Source of the DNA: a virus
Lineage: Duplodnaviria; Caudoviricetes
Length of the DNA stretch: 24,632 nt
Reading direction: 5' to 3' (one strand)
Virus record (IMG/VR): IMGVR_UViG_3300012953_000215
Coordinates: 1 to 24,632 of that record
In this document: positions 6,901-16,000 of the stretch, piece by piece
How the letters are laid out: each line of letters starts with the position of its first letter
How positions within the stretch are numbered: the first letter of the stretch is position 1
The notes under the pieces: model-generated
What the model saw: the letters and a program-made list of their open reading frames with translations, nothing else
Told to the model about the DNA's origin: nothing
Databases searched by the model: none
Position numbers and translations under genes: made by a program

Positions 6901-8430
6901 ATATCCAATTGCTCCACTTGCAAGTCCTCTTACTCTAGTTCCTTTTATTTTTCCTCCTGGATTTGTAAGAGCGTTACATTTTAAAGTTGTAAATGTTTGT
7001 ATGTCATAAAGATATAAATCCCAATTTGTATTTGCTCCCGAATAAGTTGCATCTGATAAACTGAATGAATAAACTCTTGCTTCTCCTATTTTTAACCCAC
7101 CAGCAGCATTTGATCCTGCTTTACGACCATTATGTAAGTCAATAACATTATTATTATTGCCAGTAGATATTTTTGATCCACCAATATTAATAAATGGACT
7201 TCCTTGAACATTATTTACTTTAATCAAACTACCCATATTGAATGGAATCGAGGCAAGATTAACAGTTTTAGTATCTCTTGGTTTTTCTACATCAAGGACT
7301 GTTGTACTTGGTTTGTAAACGTCATATCCTCTAACATATGCCTTACCTGCAGAAAGTTTAACACACATTAAATCATCAGAAGGTGTATTCCCTTTATCTG
7401 TTATTTGATTTTCAGTGTATAATCCACCCGAATCAATTTCATCATTAAAGGAGTTTTGAGTGTTAACACGGAAAGGGGTTACAGCATAATTCCCAGATTC
7501 ATCAAATGTTCGTTTTGCAAAATATTTTTTAATTTCAGAGTATACTGTATCATCTTGTAATTTTTTAGTGACACCTTCATTTGTTCTGAATAATTCTACA
7601 AAATTTGTATCATCATAGTCTTGAAGAGATTTTTTTGCTAATTTTACTGAAATCTTGAATCTATCGGCACCTGGTGCAGCAAAATTAGTAAAACCTTTAG
7701 CGTTATCATACAGAGATGAGTCATCATTTGCATTTACTACCTCTTCAATTATCTCCAATCCAACCCTATATGATGGTGTATTTGTATATGGATCTAAAAT
7801 TATTGATGATGTAGGGACATCAACAAAAATTCCTCTTACAAAGTATACACCTTTATTAATACCAAATGCAGAACCTGTCGCAGTAGCCTGTTCAGAAACT
7901 AATGTTAAAATAGTTTCCTCTGAACTTAATGTGGTATTACCATAAGTAACATTCTCCTCAAGTATTAAAATTTCACCATCTGGAAAAGGAGTACTCTCAC
8001 CATCTGTACCAGATTTATTATATTTAATAAAAATTGTTATATCATCAACACCTTCCTCTGGAGGTAGTATAAAATTCTTTATTGTTGCAACTATACCTGA
8101 ATTTTGACCTCTAACTCTAGTGCCCTTACCACCATTGTTTGATATAATATTATTTAAATATACAGATACGTCTATTCCTAAATGATTTGGATTTATTTTT
8201 GCTGAAAAATATGTTGGATCATACTCAATATTACCTGGTATGACCATCGAACCTTCTTTGAATATATGCTTTCCAAAAGATTCTACTTGATTTTGTAATA
8301 TTGATTGTAACCCAGTTAATTCTCTAGCCTGTACAGGATATCCAGGTCTGAACAATACCTTGTAGAAATTGTTATCCTTATCAAAATCATCATAATAAGG
8401 TGATATATTTAAGTTAGTCTTCTGTGGCAT
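934..8430 (-). CDS. VrlC-like / DUF4815-type large virion structural protein (2498 aa)
   Basis: N-terminus MPQKTNLNISPYYDDFD...VLFRPGYPVQARELTGLQSILQNQ, internal motifs APGADR, RTFDESGNY, RFTMRDIGALEKRI, RFKSGF and DPLAQSF, and C-terminus ...KDFRAIALA. Position immediately after gp8 is as in T4-like cyanophages. Confidence 0.88.
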   Translation of the reverse strand: MPQKTNLNISPYYDDFDKDNNFYKVLFRPGYPVQARELTGLQSILQNQVESFGKHIFKEGSMVIPGNIEYDPTYFSAKINPNHLGIDVSVYLNNIISNNGGKGTRVRGQNSGIVATIKNFILPPEEGVDDITIFIKYNKSGTDGESTPFPDGEILILEENVTYGNTTLSSEETILTLVSEQATATGSAFGINKGVYFVRGIFVDVPTSSIILDPYTNTPSYRVGLEIIEEVVNANDDSSLYDNAKGFTNFAAPGADRFKISVKLAKKSLQDYDDTNFVELFRTNEGVTKKLQDDTVYSEIKKYFAKRTFDESGNYAVTPFRVNTQNSFNDEIDSGGLYTENQITDKGNTPSDDLMCVKLSAGKAYVRGYDVYKPSTTVLDVEKPRDTKTVNLASIPFNMGSLIKVNNVQGSPFINIGGSKISTGNNNNVIDLHNGRKAGSNAAGGLKIGEARVYSFSLSDATYSGANTNWDLYLYDIQTFTTLKCNALTNPGGKIKGTRVRGLASGAIGYLAEDANTSGFNELNLSQTTGKFIEGEQIIFNERETSETASILNGTIGLPGVISYSIEDIKSIFQSKSKVESTLASDFSADAVLFNKLLPGFSISDQLNIINNSASVNGRNFANTGIKTDSIIAYNNGQGNVPHFNKISNINTDGDTLTLSQTVDVAGINEGSVLSGVSTSSIFRIKVAQVLNFEKSSIFAKLPKKYISNVDSANSNLIINKQILEQPISSNSISFSSQVGLAATVGVSSVFFEPFDAERYSIHYTDGTVETLTSDQVNITNSGNDISFNGLSKASGNATVNVTLKKFGATSKTKDYIRSQTLEITRTKGVSTLESSLTSSEAYGVRVEDKEISLNVPDVVKIVAIFESKTTSTPVLDKIKFVSGLSLNTNLVIGEKIVGKDSRAIGQVVSVPNATDVNFVYLNANKFIIGEDIIFEESSIETILQGTETGNFVDRTNNYILDKGHKSQYCDYSKIVRKAKSGIPSKKLLIIFDKYQVATGNVGDLFTVNSYTKERYSKDIPYIGQCKASDVLDFRPRVSSFDPATLSGSPFAFNNRSFESTLPFVIAPNESSLFGYSYYLPRIDKLVINQFEEVQLIKGESDDIPVPPTEVGNSMEVAEIYLPAYLFDTVNHPIITLKDNKRFTMRDIGALEKRIQNLETVTSLNALELDTKSLQVKDADGLNRFKSGFVVNNFKDRRFINFHPERGSMCDVDVVRQELISAVDNWDIKPELALNPSIDLFAADLDSNLQLLDTNCKKTGDVITLDYEEIDWIENPHATEVENVNPFNVIVFMGAVILNPPSDNWTRTLYIDNDRVESTGATWAEIPNTVSLGTTLEDTGVDIDTGIDIQDPDSNSYRDRIKVVTNVFQEKETFLTTYSNVLEGPSKEYDYVESVKVTSKVDPYMRSRNVFFSANGLKPQTKHYHYLDNGVPDIVPKLVEITMESGTFNVFEDAKILINGRGVGLIRVQKPNHKFGDSSRPDVGAGLGSPSVSVESYTVDPYDITRPSPSDTYSATSKLLNIDCISLANEVKYFGYIVKGAKIVGQESGAVANVDNIDLFSDNWGDLLGAFFFRNANLTPKPPVLFETGTKTFRVTAAPEGTIPVPGSTDHASDASGVFTGTGTIQTQHTTTVSVRNPPPPSGTKPSETTYKTNLVYKEGLGEKFKAPHRDPLAQSFTVDETGAFLTSFDVYFKSIDPEAKLFVELREVELGTPTQYLVQDYAQLAINPQTYNNGNPIGVSDDASIATTIKFSSPIYLEPGKEYAIVFLSPSSDKYEMWVSTMGQKTVRTTNLPDVQNVVVSKQYIGGSLFKSQNGTIWTASQYQDLTFKLRKAKFITGTTGTTTFYNSPIEPGNDNTQIIRDNPIRSLPRKLIVKIDGSGTRTKTAFPLGRKVSTGTASDAEDISITGIIEGQGAPLLAYQIVDGGSGYSLSNSTDIPTISLTGSGSGCLVDITLTGGKVTGAGGGSAGTGYQVGDILTLDNSSSKVTRGAGLKLVVVSINTTIDTLYLTDVNGEKFVNNENIVHYGANNTTRTVATNVAVNGDSTVNGDLYAGNVFEVVQTNHAHHGGTNQVKIEDVEPDSTIIATTSAVTASDTTVSISDTTPFTKYSGITTDRGFALFESELVSYIVGTGQLTLNRGQLGTKAVAHNSGADIQTYQASGMPLVGINTTFTIPTNTTLKNLSNIDNYYLQVNIGSFDAQRVSGNNLLSFTNEKAFGGSDVKISQNHQFSSVTPYFNVITPGSKTTVNSSMRTISGTSSGGTEISFIDQGFSPVSLNETTFFPTPRLVASKLNESTKLATLPKNKSVTLNINMFTEDSNLSPELDVKNAMFSLHRNKINNPIGLENYPSDQRTNQLEDDPHGSIFVSQRVDLKQPASSLKVLVGASVQPESDFRVFYRLFSADSSEVSQTYRPFPGYKNLKDTDGDGFGDDIIDLSQNDGRADAYVTPNQVGKFSEYQFSVDNLEQFTGFVIKIVMISTNESYPIRLKDFRAIALA

Positions 8431-8433
8431 TGC

Positions 8434-10026
8434 TTAAAATTCCAGAATAATTTTTATGTCTTCTTTTTGACGAGAGTTTCTTACGATCACAGGTCTATTA
8501 TCTAGGTAAATTATTTCTCCTGACCCTTTATTTATCTCAGAATCAGATAAACCTGAAATAAAGTTTGTTCCTAAATTTACTAACTTACTTCCAGTTGGAT
8601 TAGTAGTAATACCTGAGAAATTAATTGATATAGGTCCACTAAATGATGAAGTAGAACCTTTTATATTATTAGCAGTAAGACCAGTCTCAAATTCATAAAT
8701 TCTAGCTATAGTTGATATACCAATATAATCAGTATGATCATAAAATGTATTGTTAAAATTTAATGATCTATCTCTAAAATATTTTAATACCTTAGTATCT
8801 TCATCATATGATGCAATAAAACCTGTTGCAACTTTACCTGTATTGGGTGGAGATTCTAAAGTTTGTCTAATTTCTTCACCAACTAATGGTGTTCCACTCA
8901 CACCATCAGTAAATTTAACTGCTTGTAGTGATGAAAAAGTGCTATCAGTATAAGTTACTGATGTTCCAACTTTTGTTGGATTTTTAACAATACCTACTTG
9001 TGAAAATTTAGTATCAATTGGAAAATCTTTTGTAGAATCATCAAATCTTGCATAAACTATAACTCTATCAGTTCCCAATTCTTTGTACAAATCATAACCA
9101 TGACCTAATGAAGGTGGTATAATAGGTATTAATTTTGCATGATTTCCTGCAGAAACACCACTGTTGAGAGTTCCTAAGTCAACCATTGCATAACTATATC
9201 CCTTTCCACCTGCACTTACTACAATGTTTGTAATTTTAGAATTTACAATATCAACTCTCGCCTTAGCTCCAGTACCATCACCAATTATATCAACTTCTTG
9301 ACTGTACCCATCATTATAACCACTACCAGCTTTTTCAATGTATACATGTTTTATTTGATTTTCATTAACACTTGAATCACCATTTTCTCGAATTGCTAAT
9401 ATTTGTGAATCAGTGCTTGATGACCAATTATTTGGAACTGTAATAAATTCTGTTGAGTCAAATTTTACAATATCACTAGGAGAAACTGTAAAAAGATATT
9501 TCCAAATAAATCCATCACCACTACTACCTGCAGATGATGGTTCTAAGTCTGTAAATGTTGGTTCATCTTGCGATACATTTCCAAGAGGGTTAGATCCTGT
9601 AGATCCATTATCAATACAAACATAAACTTTGAAGTCGGAATTAAGTACGTAGTAGTTCGCATCATACAAACGATTTGCTTTAGTTAGAGGACTTTGATTC
9701 GTAGCACTGTAATCATCTCTGTATATTTCATATCTGTTTCCAGATACCCAATCTACTCTTCTTATAATTCTTCTAATATTTGCTGATGAAACTTTTTTTC
9801 CATACATCATTGTGTCTCCAGAATGAAGTCTGTATGAAAAACTATCAACAGGTGCAGGAGTATCATTATTCCAGTTAGAGGATCTACCATACCCCACAAG
9901 AGATCCAGCTCCATTAGGATTTGGTAAACCTATGTAAACATAGTATGAATTATTTGTATTTTCTACTGATTCAACAAAATTATTTGCGTTCAGAATTCTA
10001 AATTGGTCAGTAACAATAGCCGACAT
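8434..10026 (-). CDS. gp8: Baseplate wedge subunit gp8 (530 aa)
   Basis: Motifs MSAIVTDQFRILNANNF, IRRVDW, YYVLNSDFKVYVCIDN, GDGFIWKYLF and C-terminal SGEIIYLDNRPVIVR...EDIKIILEF match T4 gp8-family signatures. Lies downstream of gp7. Confidence 0.93.
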   Translation of the reverse strand: MSAIVTDQFRILNANNFVESVENTNNSYYVYIGLPNPNGAGSLVGYGRSSNWNNDTPAPVDSFSYRLHSGDTMMYGKKVSSANIRRIIRRVDWVSGNRYEIYRDDYSATNQSPLTKANRLYDANYYVLNSDFKVYVCIDNGSTGSNPLGNVSQDEPTFTDLEPSSAGSSGDGFIWKYLFTVSPSDIVKFDSTEFITVPNNWSSSTDSQILAIRENGDSSVNENQIKHVYIEKAGSGYNDGYSQEVDIIGDGTGAKARVDIVNSKITNIVVSAGGKGYSYAMVDLGTLNSGVSAGNHAKLIPIIPPSLGHGYDLYKELGTDRVIVYARFDDSTKDFPIDTKFSQVGIVKNPTKVGTSVTYTDSTFSSLQAVKFTDGVSGTPLVGEEIRQTLESPPNTGKVATGFIASYDEDTKVLKYFRDRSLNFNNTFYDHTDYIGISTIARIYEFETGLTANNIKGSTSSFSGPISINFSGITTNPTGSKLVNLGTNFISGLSDSEINKGSGEIIYLDNRPVIVRNSRQKEDIKIILEF

Positions 10027-10048
10027 CTTAAAATTTTACTTTTCTTTC

Positions 10049-10056
10049 TATTTATA
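10049..10056 (-). promoter_or_regulatory. T4-type late promoter (gp55 sigma), TATAAATA
   Basis: Plus strand tatttata at 10049-10056, in the 42-nt gp7/gp8 gap, 22 nt upstream of the gp8 ATG. Confidence 0.88.
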
Positions 10057-10068
10057 GTGGTTATAAGA

Positions 10069-13000
10069 TCAAAGTCCAAACACTCTAATTGCACCCGATG
10101 ATCTAAGACCTTTGAGTGAACTTGTAGAATAATGTTTACGTTGAATTGTTGGGAAGGTTGTTAATCCAGAATTAACAGTAAATCCAGTAACACCTATTGA
10201 AATAGGTGAAGAATCTCTTGATGCATTATATAATCTACCCCAACTTAATCGACCCAATGATGTAGTAAGTCCTACAGTTGATACATTGTAGAATCCTGTA
10301 GTAGTTATACCAGATAATGATGAACCATTTTGTACATTGCAAATAATTTCACCGTTTTCATTTCCTTGTGGATTTCTAGCATGCACAATGTAAATATTAT
10401 CTAAGAAGGTAGTTCCAATACCAACTACCGAAGCATTTGCGGTATCAACAGAAACAACACCATTTCCTACTCTGGTGTCAGATATTAATATTGGATATCC
10501 AACTGCTAAATCGTTTGTATTAGTTCCTGCTTTTTCTGCCCTAAAGAAGAACTTAATTGCAGTCTGTCCACCATTAGTAGTTGGTGCAATACCTGTGATG
10601 ATTCCAGAGAAACCCTGAACATTATCGATAGATGTAATTTTTTCAGTTTGGAACTCAGGAAGTCCTATAACAACACTTGGTGGGTTTGTAAATGTATAAC
10701 CCAAACCAGGATTTAATATATCGATATCAGAATTACTGATTGAACCGTTTGTCACTGTGGCAGTAGCAGTAGCAGTAGTTCCAATACCAACAAATTTTTC
10801 AACACCTGATGGAGCTGAAATACCTATATCAACCGTTCCAGAATATCCTGAACCACCACTTGTTACATTAATAGATGAAATAGTACCAGCAGCTGATACA
10901 ATGGCAGTTGCTGCTGCTCCTACACTAATTTCACCAGATGAAACAAGTGCGTCTACTGCGTTTATTGATATGTTATACTTAATGGCTGATAAAGATTCAA
11001 CATGTCTTTGTGCTTCAATATGATTACCAACTTCGTAGAAGAAAGAATTTACATCATCTACAAAAATTCCATCATTTGTACCTGCTCCAATTCCAGATGT
11101 AACTGAAAAATTACCAATAATCTTAGCAGTTGGATAAACTTGTGGTTCAATTGATGATCTTGATTTACTAATCACTTCATTACCAACAATGATATCAGTT
11201 TTTTGTTTTGTCCATCTTACTGGTTTTTCATTTATTTCATCAACACCTCTTCCTGAGTAGATATCTGTTTCAACTAAATCTGCACTAAGTATCTCTTTTA
11301 TGACTCTTTCATTTTGTTGTGAAGTTGTTATACCTGATAATGGTGATTTCATCACACGAAGTTGATCACCTATTTTTACAGTTTCCTGAACATCTACGAT
11401 GTCTACGTCTACACCATCTTGACCCTTATAGAAGAAAATATCAACTTTATCATCATCATTAGCACCAATAAATGTTTCTCCTGTTGGAGCTTCCTTAAAC
11501 ACAAAAGTTGTGCCTCCTTGGAAGAAATATGATTCTCCTGGTTTTTGTAATACACCATTTACAAAAATAAGTAAAACAGCATCTAAATCTATTTGTTGCG
11601 AATCAACATTTTGATCATCTTTCTCGAAACTTAATAATTGTCCATTAAAATATAATGGGAACCTTAATCTTGAACCATCTTGTAAATTTTTAATACTATC
11701 AATAAAGTCAATTTCGCCAAATTGCCAAGCAGAGAATTTGTCATTAAATATTTCAATAACTTCTAACTCAAATTCATTTATTGGTGATGATAAATGTGAT
11801 GCAGTAATTAAACCAACAGGTTTAAATTTGTCACCTACTTTAAATGAATGTCCATCCCTTGCAACTTTAAAGTTTGATATCTCAAATAATGTAGATCCAA
11901 TTCCAACTGTTGTAGAAGCTGCACTTACCTCAACATCTAATAATAAATTAGAACCAGTATCAGTTGTTGGACCAACTCCTAGTCTTGATATACCTATTAC
12001 AGGTAAATTATCATAGTTTGGTTCTGGAATGATAATTTCAGGATTTACATATCCTGAACCTGCATTATCAATTGTAAATGCAAGTGTTCCACCAGCACCA
12101 ACTATCGCAGAAATTTCTGCACCTGTTCCTGCACCACCACCAGCACCTACATTGAGTAGTATGGTGTCTGTAGTAACTGAAATAATTGATGTTTGTATAC
12201 CAGCAATAGGATCTGAATTAGGGAAACTTGTTTTTGATACTGATCTTGGATATGGATGATCAGAGAAGAAATTATCTTTTGAGCATTTGAATACTAATCC
12301 ACCAGTATCAATACCAACAGTGTCACTAGTTGTTAATCCATGACTTGGAATTGTTAATAATAGTGTGCCTGTATGTGATGTATATACAGCATCAGTCGCT
12401 GTATATTGAGTTCCAGCAAAATTACTTTTACGTATTGATCCAATACCAGCACTTACAAATCTATGTACATACGCTTGGTCTGTTACACCAATGGCAACAG
12501 AACCACCTCTATAACCAGATCCAAATGTAAGATCCTCAAAAAATTCATATGCAACTCCACCGCCTTGATATGTGTGAACTATAGTACTAGGTCCTGCTTG
12601 TACCTCAAATGTTCTATCTGAAACAATACCAACTACAAACAACCCTCTTTCATGGTCTTGGAAGAATGTTGTAGTAACTCCACTATATCCAACACAACTA
12701 AATTCTAAATTTTTCAATTTAACTGTATTTGGTCTCTCTAATCCAAAACCATGTACTTCATTAGTTGTGACTGTTATGATACCTGTTGTATTACTGTAAA
12801 CTGCTGTCTGAACACCAAGATTAAAACCAGAAGAAGTTCCAATACCTACTATACTTGTTAATCCACCAGCAGTATTCTTAAATGCCTTAACTTTTGCACC
12901 TTGTAATGGAGCATAACCTAATCCAGTAGTTGATCCAAGAGAAACAATCAAACCTCCTCTAGGGACTTGATTTTGGTTTATATCGGAATTTGATATAATA

Positions 13001-16000
13001 AATTGTCCATTTTCAGATGTAATACCTGTAAATTGTACAGTTGAGATACCTGCTGTTGTATCTGAAATAAATTCATAATTATTACCAACATTATTTGTTG
13101 TCAAAGGTGTTTGGAAAACACCATTAATGAATAAAACACCGTTACCAACTCCTATACCTGAAGATGTGTTTGCTCCTCCTACTGTTAGATTATAAGTTTT
13201 ACCAATACCTGTAAATGAATCAGACAAATCATCAAATAGCATGTTTGTAGTATAATTACTTCGTAAAAATGTTCTTCCACTAAAATCTGCCTTTACAAAT
13301 GGAAGATTAGTTTCATTTCTTCTGGATCTAGTATTTCCTTTTGGAGGATTAGTAAATATTACTTTACTATCAACTATATTAAATGAACCTCTGTGAACTT
13401 TTACACTTGCATTATCTGCATGAGTTGAAGCTGATATTCCTAATTGACCCCTCTCAACCCTTACAGTAGGTAAAGTTGCAAGACCAAGTGCTACATCAGT
13501 TGCATCATTTATCTTTCCACCTGATATACTAGAAAATCCAACTTCAGTTATTGTCATAAACTCATCATCAATCTTTAATATATCAGAAGGTTGAACAGAA
13601 CTTATTCCACTCATTACAAATTGACTTGTAGCAGCACCAATATTTCCATCTAAGGTATGTGTGATTCTAGTAAACGTTACTGGTTGTTGTACAACTCCAT
13701 CTAAACCAATAAGTGTTTTAGTCAACCCTTTGGACATAGAAAGTTTATGAGCGTTTCCTGCACCAGTTCCTGTAAATGTTACTGCAGATCCAGATGTAAC
13801 GTATTCAGGTCTTGTAAATAACCTGAAATTATTTTTATCAGTTATTTTTGCAAATACAGTTGATGGAAGAATTGTTGTCACAATACCTGCCATATTTGCA
13901 GTTGCTCCAATCGATACAGCAGTAGCAGCTATACCAATAAAGGTTGAACTTGGAGTGTAAGTTAACTCTTCTCCAGTGTTAAAGAAATGATCTGGTATTG
14001 TAAATATACCAGTTGTTGTGCTTAATATACCTGCATTTGTGGGGTCAAAAGTTTTAGAATAAATTGGAATACCTTCATATTTTAATTCAAACTCTTTTTT
14101 ATCAGCCCTTTTTCCATCTTTACCGTCATATGATGTTAAAAATAATTGCTGAGAAACTGGTCCGTAATTTAAGTTGGGAGGAGTATTACCAAAATCATTT
14201 TCAGTGTAGAAAATCTGATTATATGATTGAACTTCAATTAATGAATTAAATTCTGAGTCTGGGTAAAATCTTAAATTAATATCATTTCCAACAATTTCTC
14301 CACCAAATGTTCCAATACCAGTGGTAGATCCAGATGATACAAACGGATACTGAACCGTAAGAACATCATCAGCATCTCTAATTGTTATAACTTGATGAAT
14401 AGCAGATGTCTTTCCACAAGAAACTCTAACTAATGATTTAACAGTGCTATCTACAGTTTTGTTAATAGTATTATATGTTATTGTACTCGCAGTTCCAGTA
14501 ACATAACCTGATTCTAGTCTTAAACTTCTTTCAGCACCACTTGGTTGTCCTGCAACTGAAAATCTATGAGTTCCTATACCAGCGGTTGTAGTTCCTAATC
14601 CTACAATATTTGATCTTATATCTAATTGATTTACGCTGCTATTTTCACATTGTATTTTTATTAAATCATTCTCAAATCTAGCTGTTATTATACCTACAGC
14701 ACTATTACTGAGTCCTTTTTTAGAATCAAAGTATGCTTGAGATACTGTAGTATCAGTGCCATCAAAATCAACTATTATTTCATTATAATTAATTTCTTTT
14801 GTTAAACTGTCTTGTACAAAAATATTTGCATATAATCCATTGAAATCGGTTTTTGGAAACTCAGCAATAGTTGAAGTTACTACACCTGAAGAAGCACTTG
14901 ATGCAATACTGACGAGACCTGTTAAATCAATATTTCCAATTGAGTTTGTATTAATTCCAACTAAATCAGTATTAAAATCAATTTTTAGAACTTTTATATC
15001 ATGATCTTTTGTGAATTCCTCTATGGGATCAAATATTAAATTTTTAATTCCACTTTCTAAAATTTCTGTTGAGAAATCACCTAATTTTGTCGTAGTAAAA
15101 TCTTTTGATTTTTCTAGTAAAAACGCATCATCTTCAGTTGTTAAAACAATTAACTCTGAGAATTGAGTATCGAAAGTATCAGGATCAACAATCTGAATTA
15201 AATAATTTCCATAATCTTCTATGAGAGACTCTATTAAACTATCATTTGATTGGAAACCTGTACTAGAAAATAAATTACTTACATCATCATGAATTAGGAC
15301 TCTATTTGTTTTACATCTTGTAAAATCTGATAATGTTTTATTTGATAATTCTAAAAATTTAGATTTATTAACTCTAGAATCATAATCTAATGAGAAATCA
15401 AAATTATTGATTGCATCTACTCTTTGTGAATCATTTAATTCTAATATATTAAGAACATCAAGAGTTATTGTATCATTTGTTTTTGCAGTAGTTCCAATAC
15501 CAACATTTACTTGAGATTCAATTGACGTGTCAGCAAAATTCTTCAATCCTGATGGATGAACTAATCTATTTACAGGATTTACGAATTTTTCCCATGCAAT
15601 TGTGCTCTTTACAGTATATGATAAATTTTGATAGTAATCATTATCAGGTATTACTTGATAATCTGTATTTAATTTTCCAATATCATCAATCCATCCATAC
15701 TCTTTTCTATTAGAAAAATCAACTTTAAATTTAGCTTTATTTCCGTTTATTTTTGTAACTGTTGCTGTGATACCACTTACTTTACCAGTTATTCTATCAT
15801 TTAGTTTAAGATTAAATTTACCATCTACTTTTATAAAATCATCTCTAATTTCAACAATTCTTAAATCTGTTAATTCAGAATCCACTGCTAAATTTTCATT
15901 TAACTGGAATACACCTCTTGTTTGTATTGGTCTTATATCTGGATATTTATTTTTATTTACTAAAACAGCATAACCAGATTGGAAAGTTTTTGCTATACCA

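Noticed and set aside
8529-8536. GATAAATA about 100 nt upstream of the VrlC start (and AATAAATA at 23088-23095 upstream of gp7) as internal late promoters
   Set aside because: These are imperfect matches inside coding sequence. ATAAATA is expected many times by chance at this AT content, so TSS data would be needed.
10755-10780. Short gcagta tandem repeat
   Set aside because: It encodes TATATAT in gp7. It is a coding low-complexity repeat, not a CRISPR or regulatory repeat.
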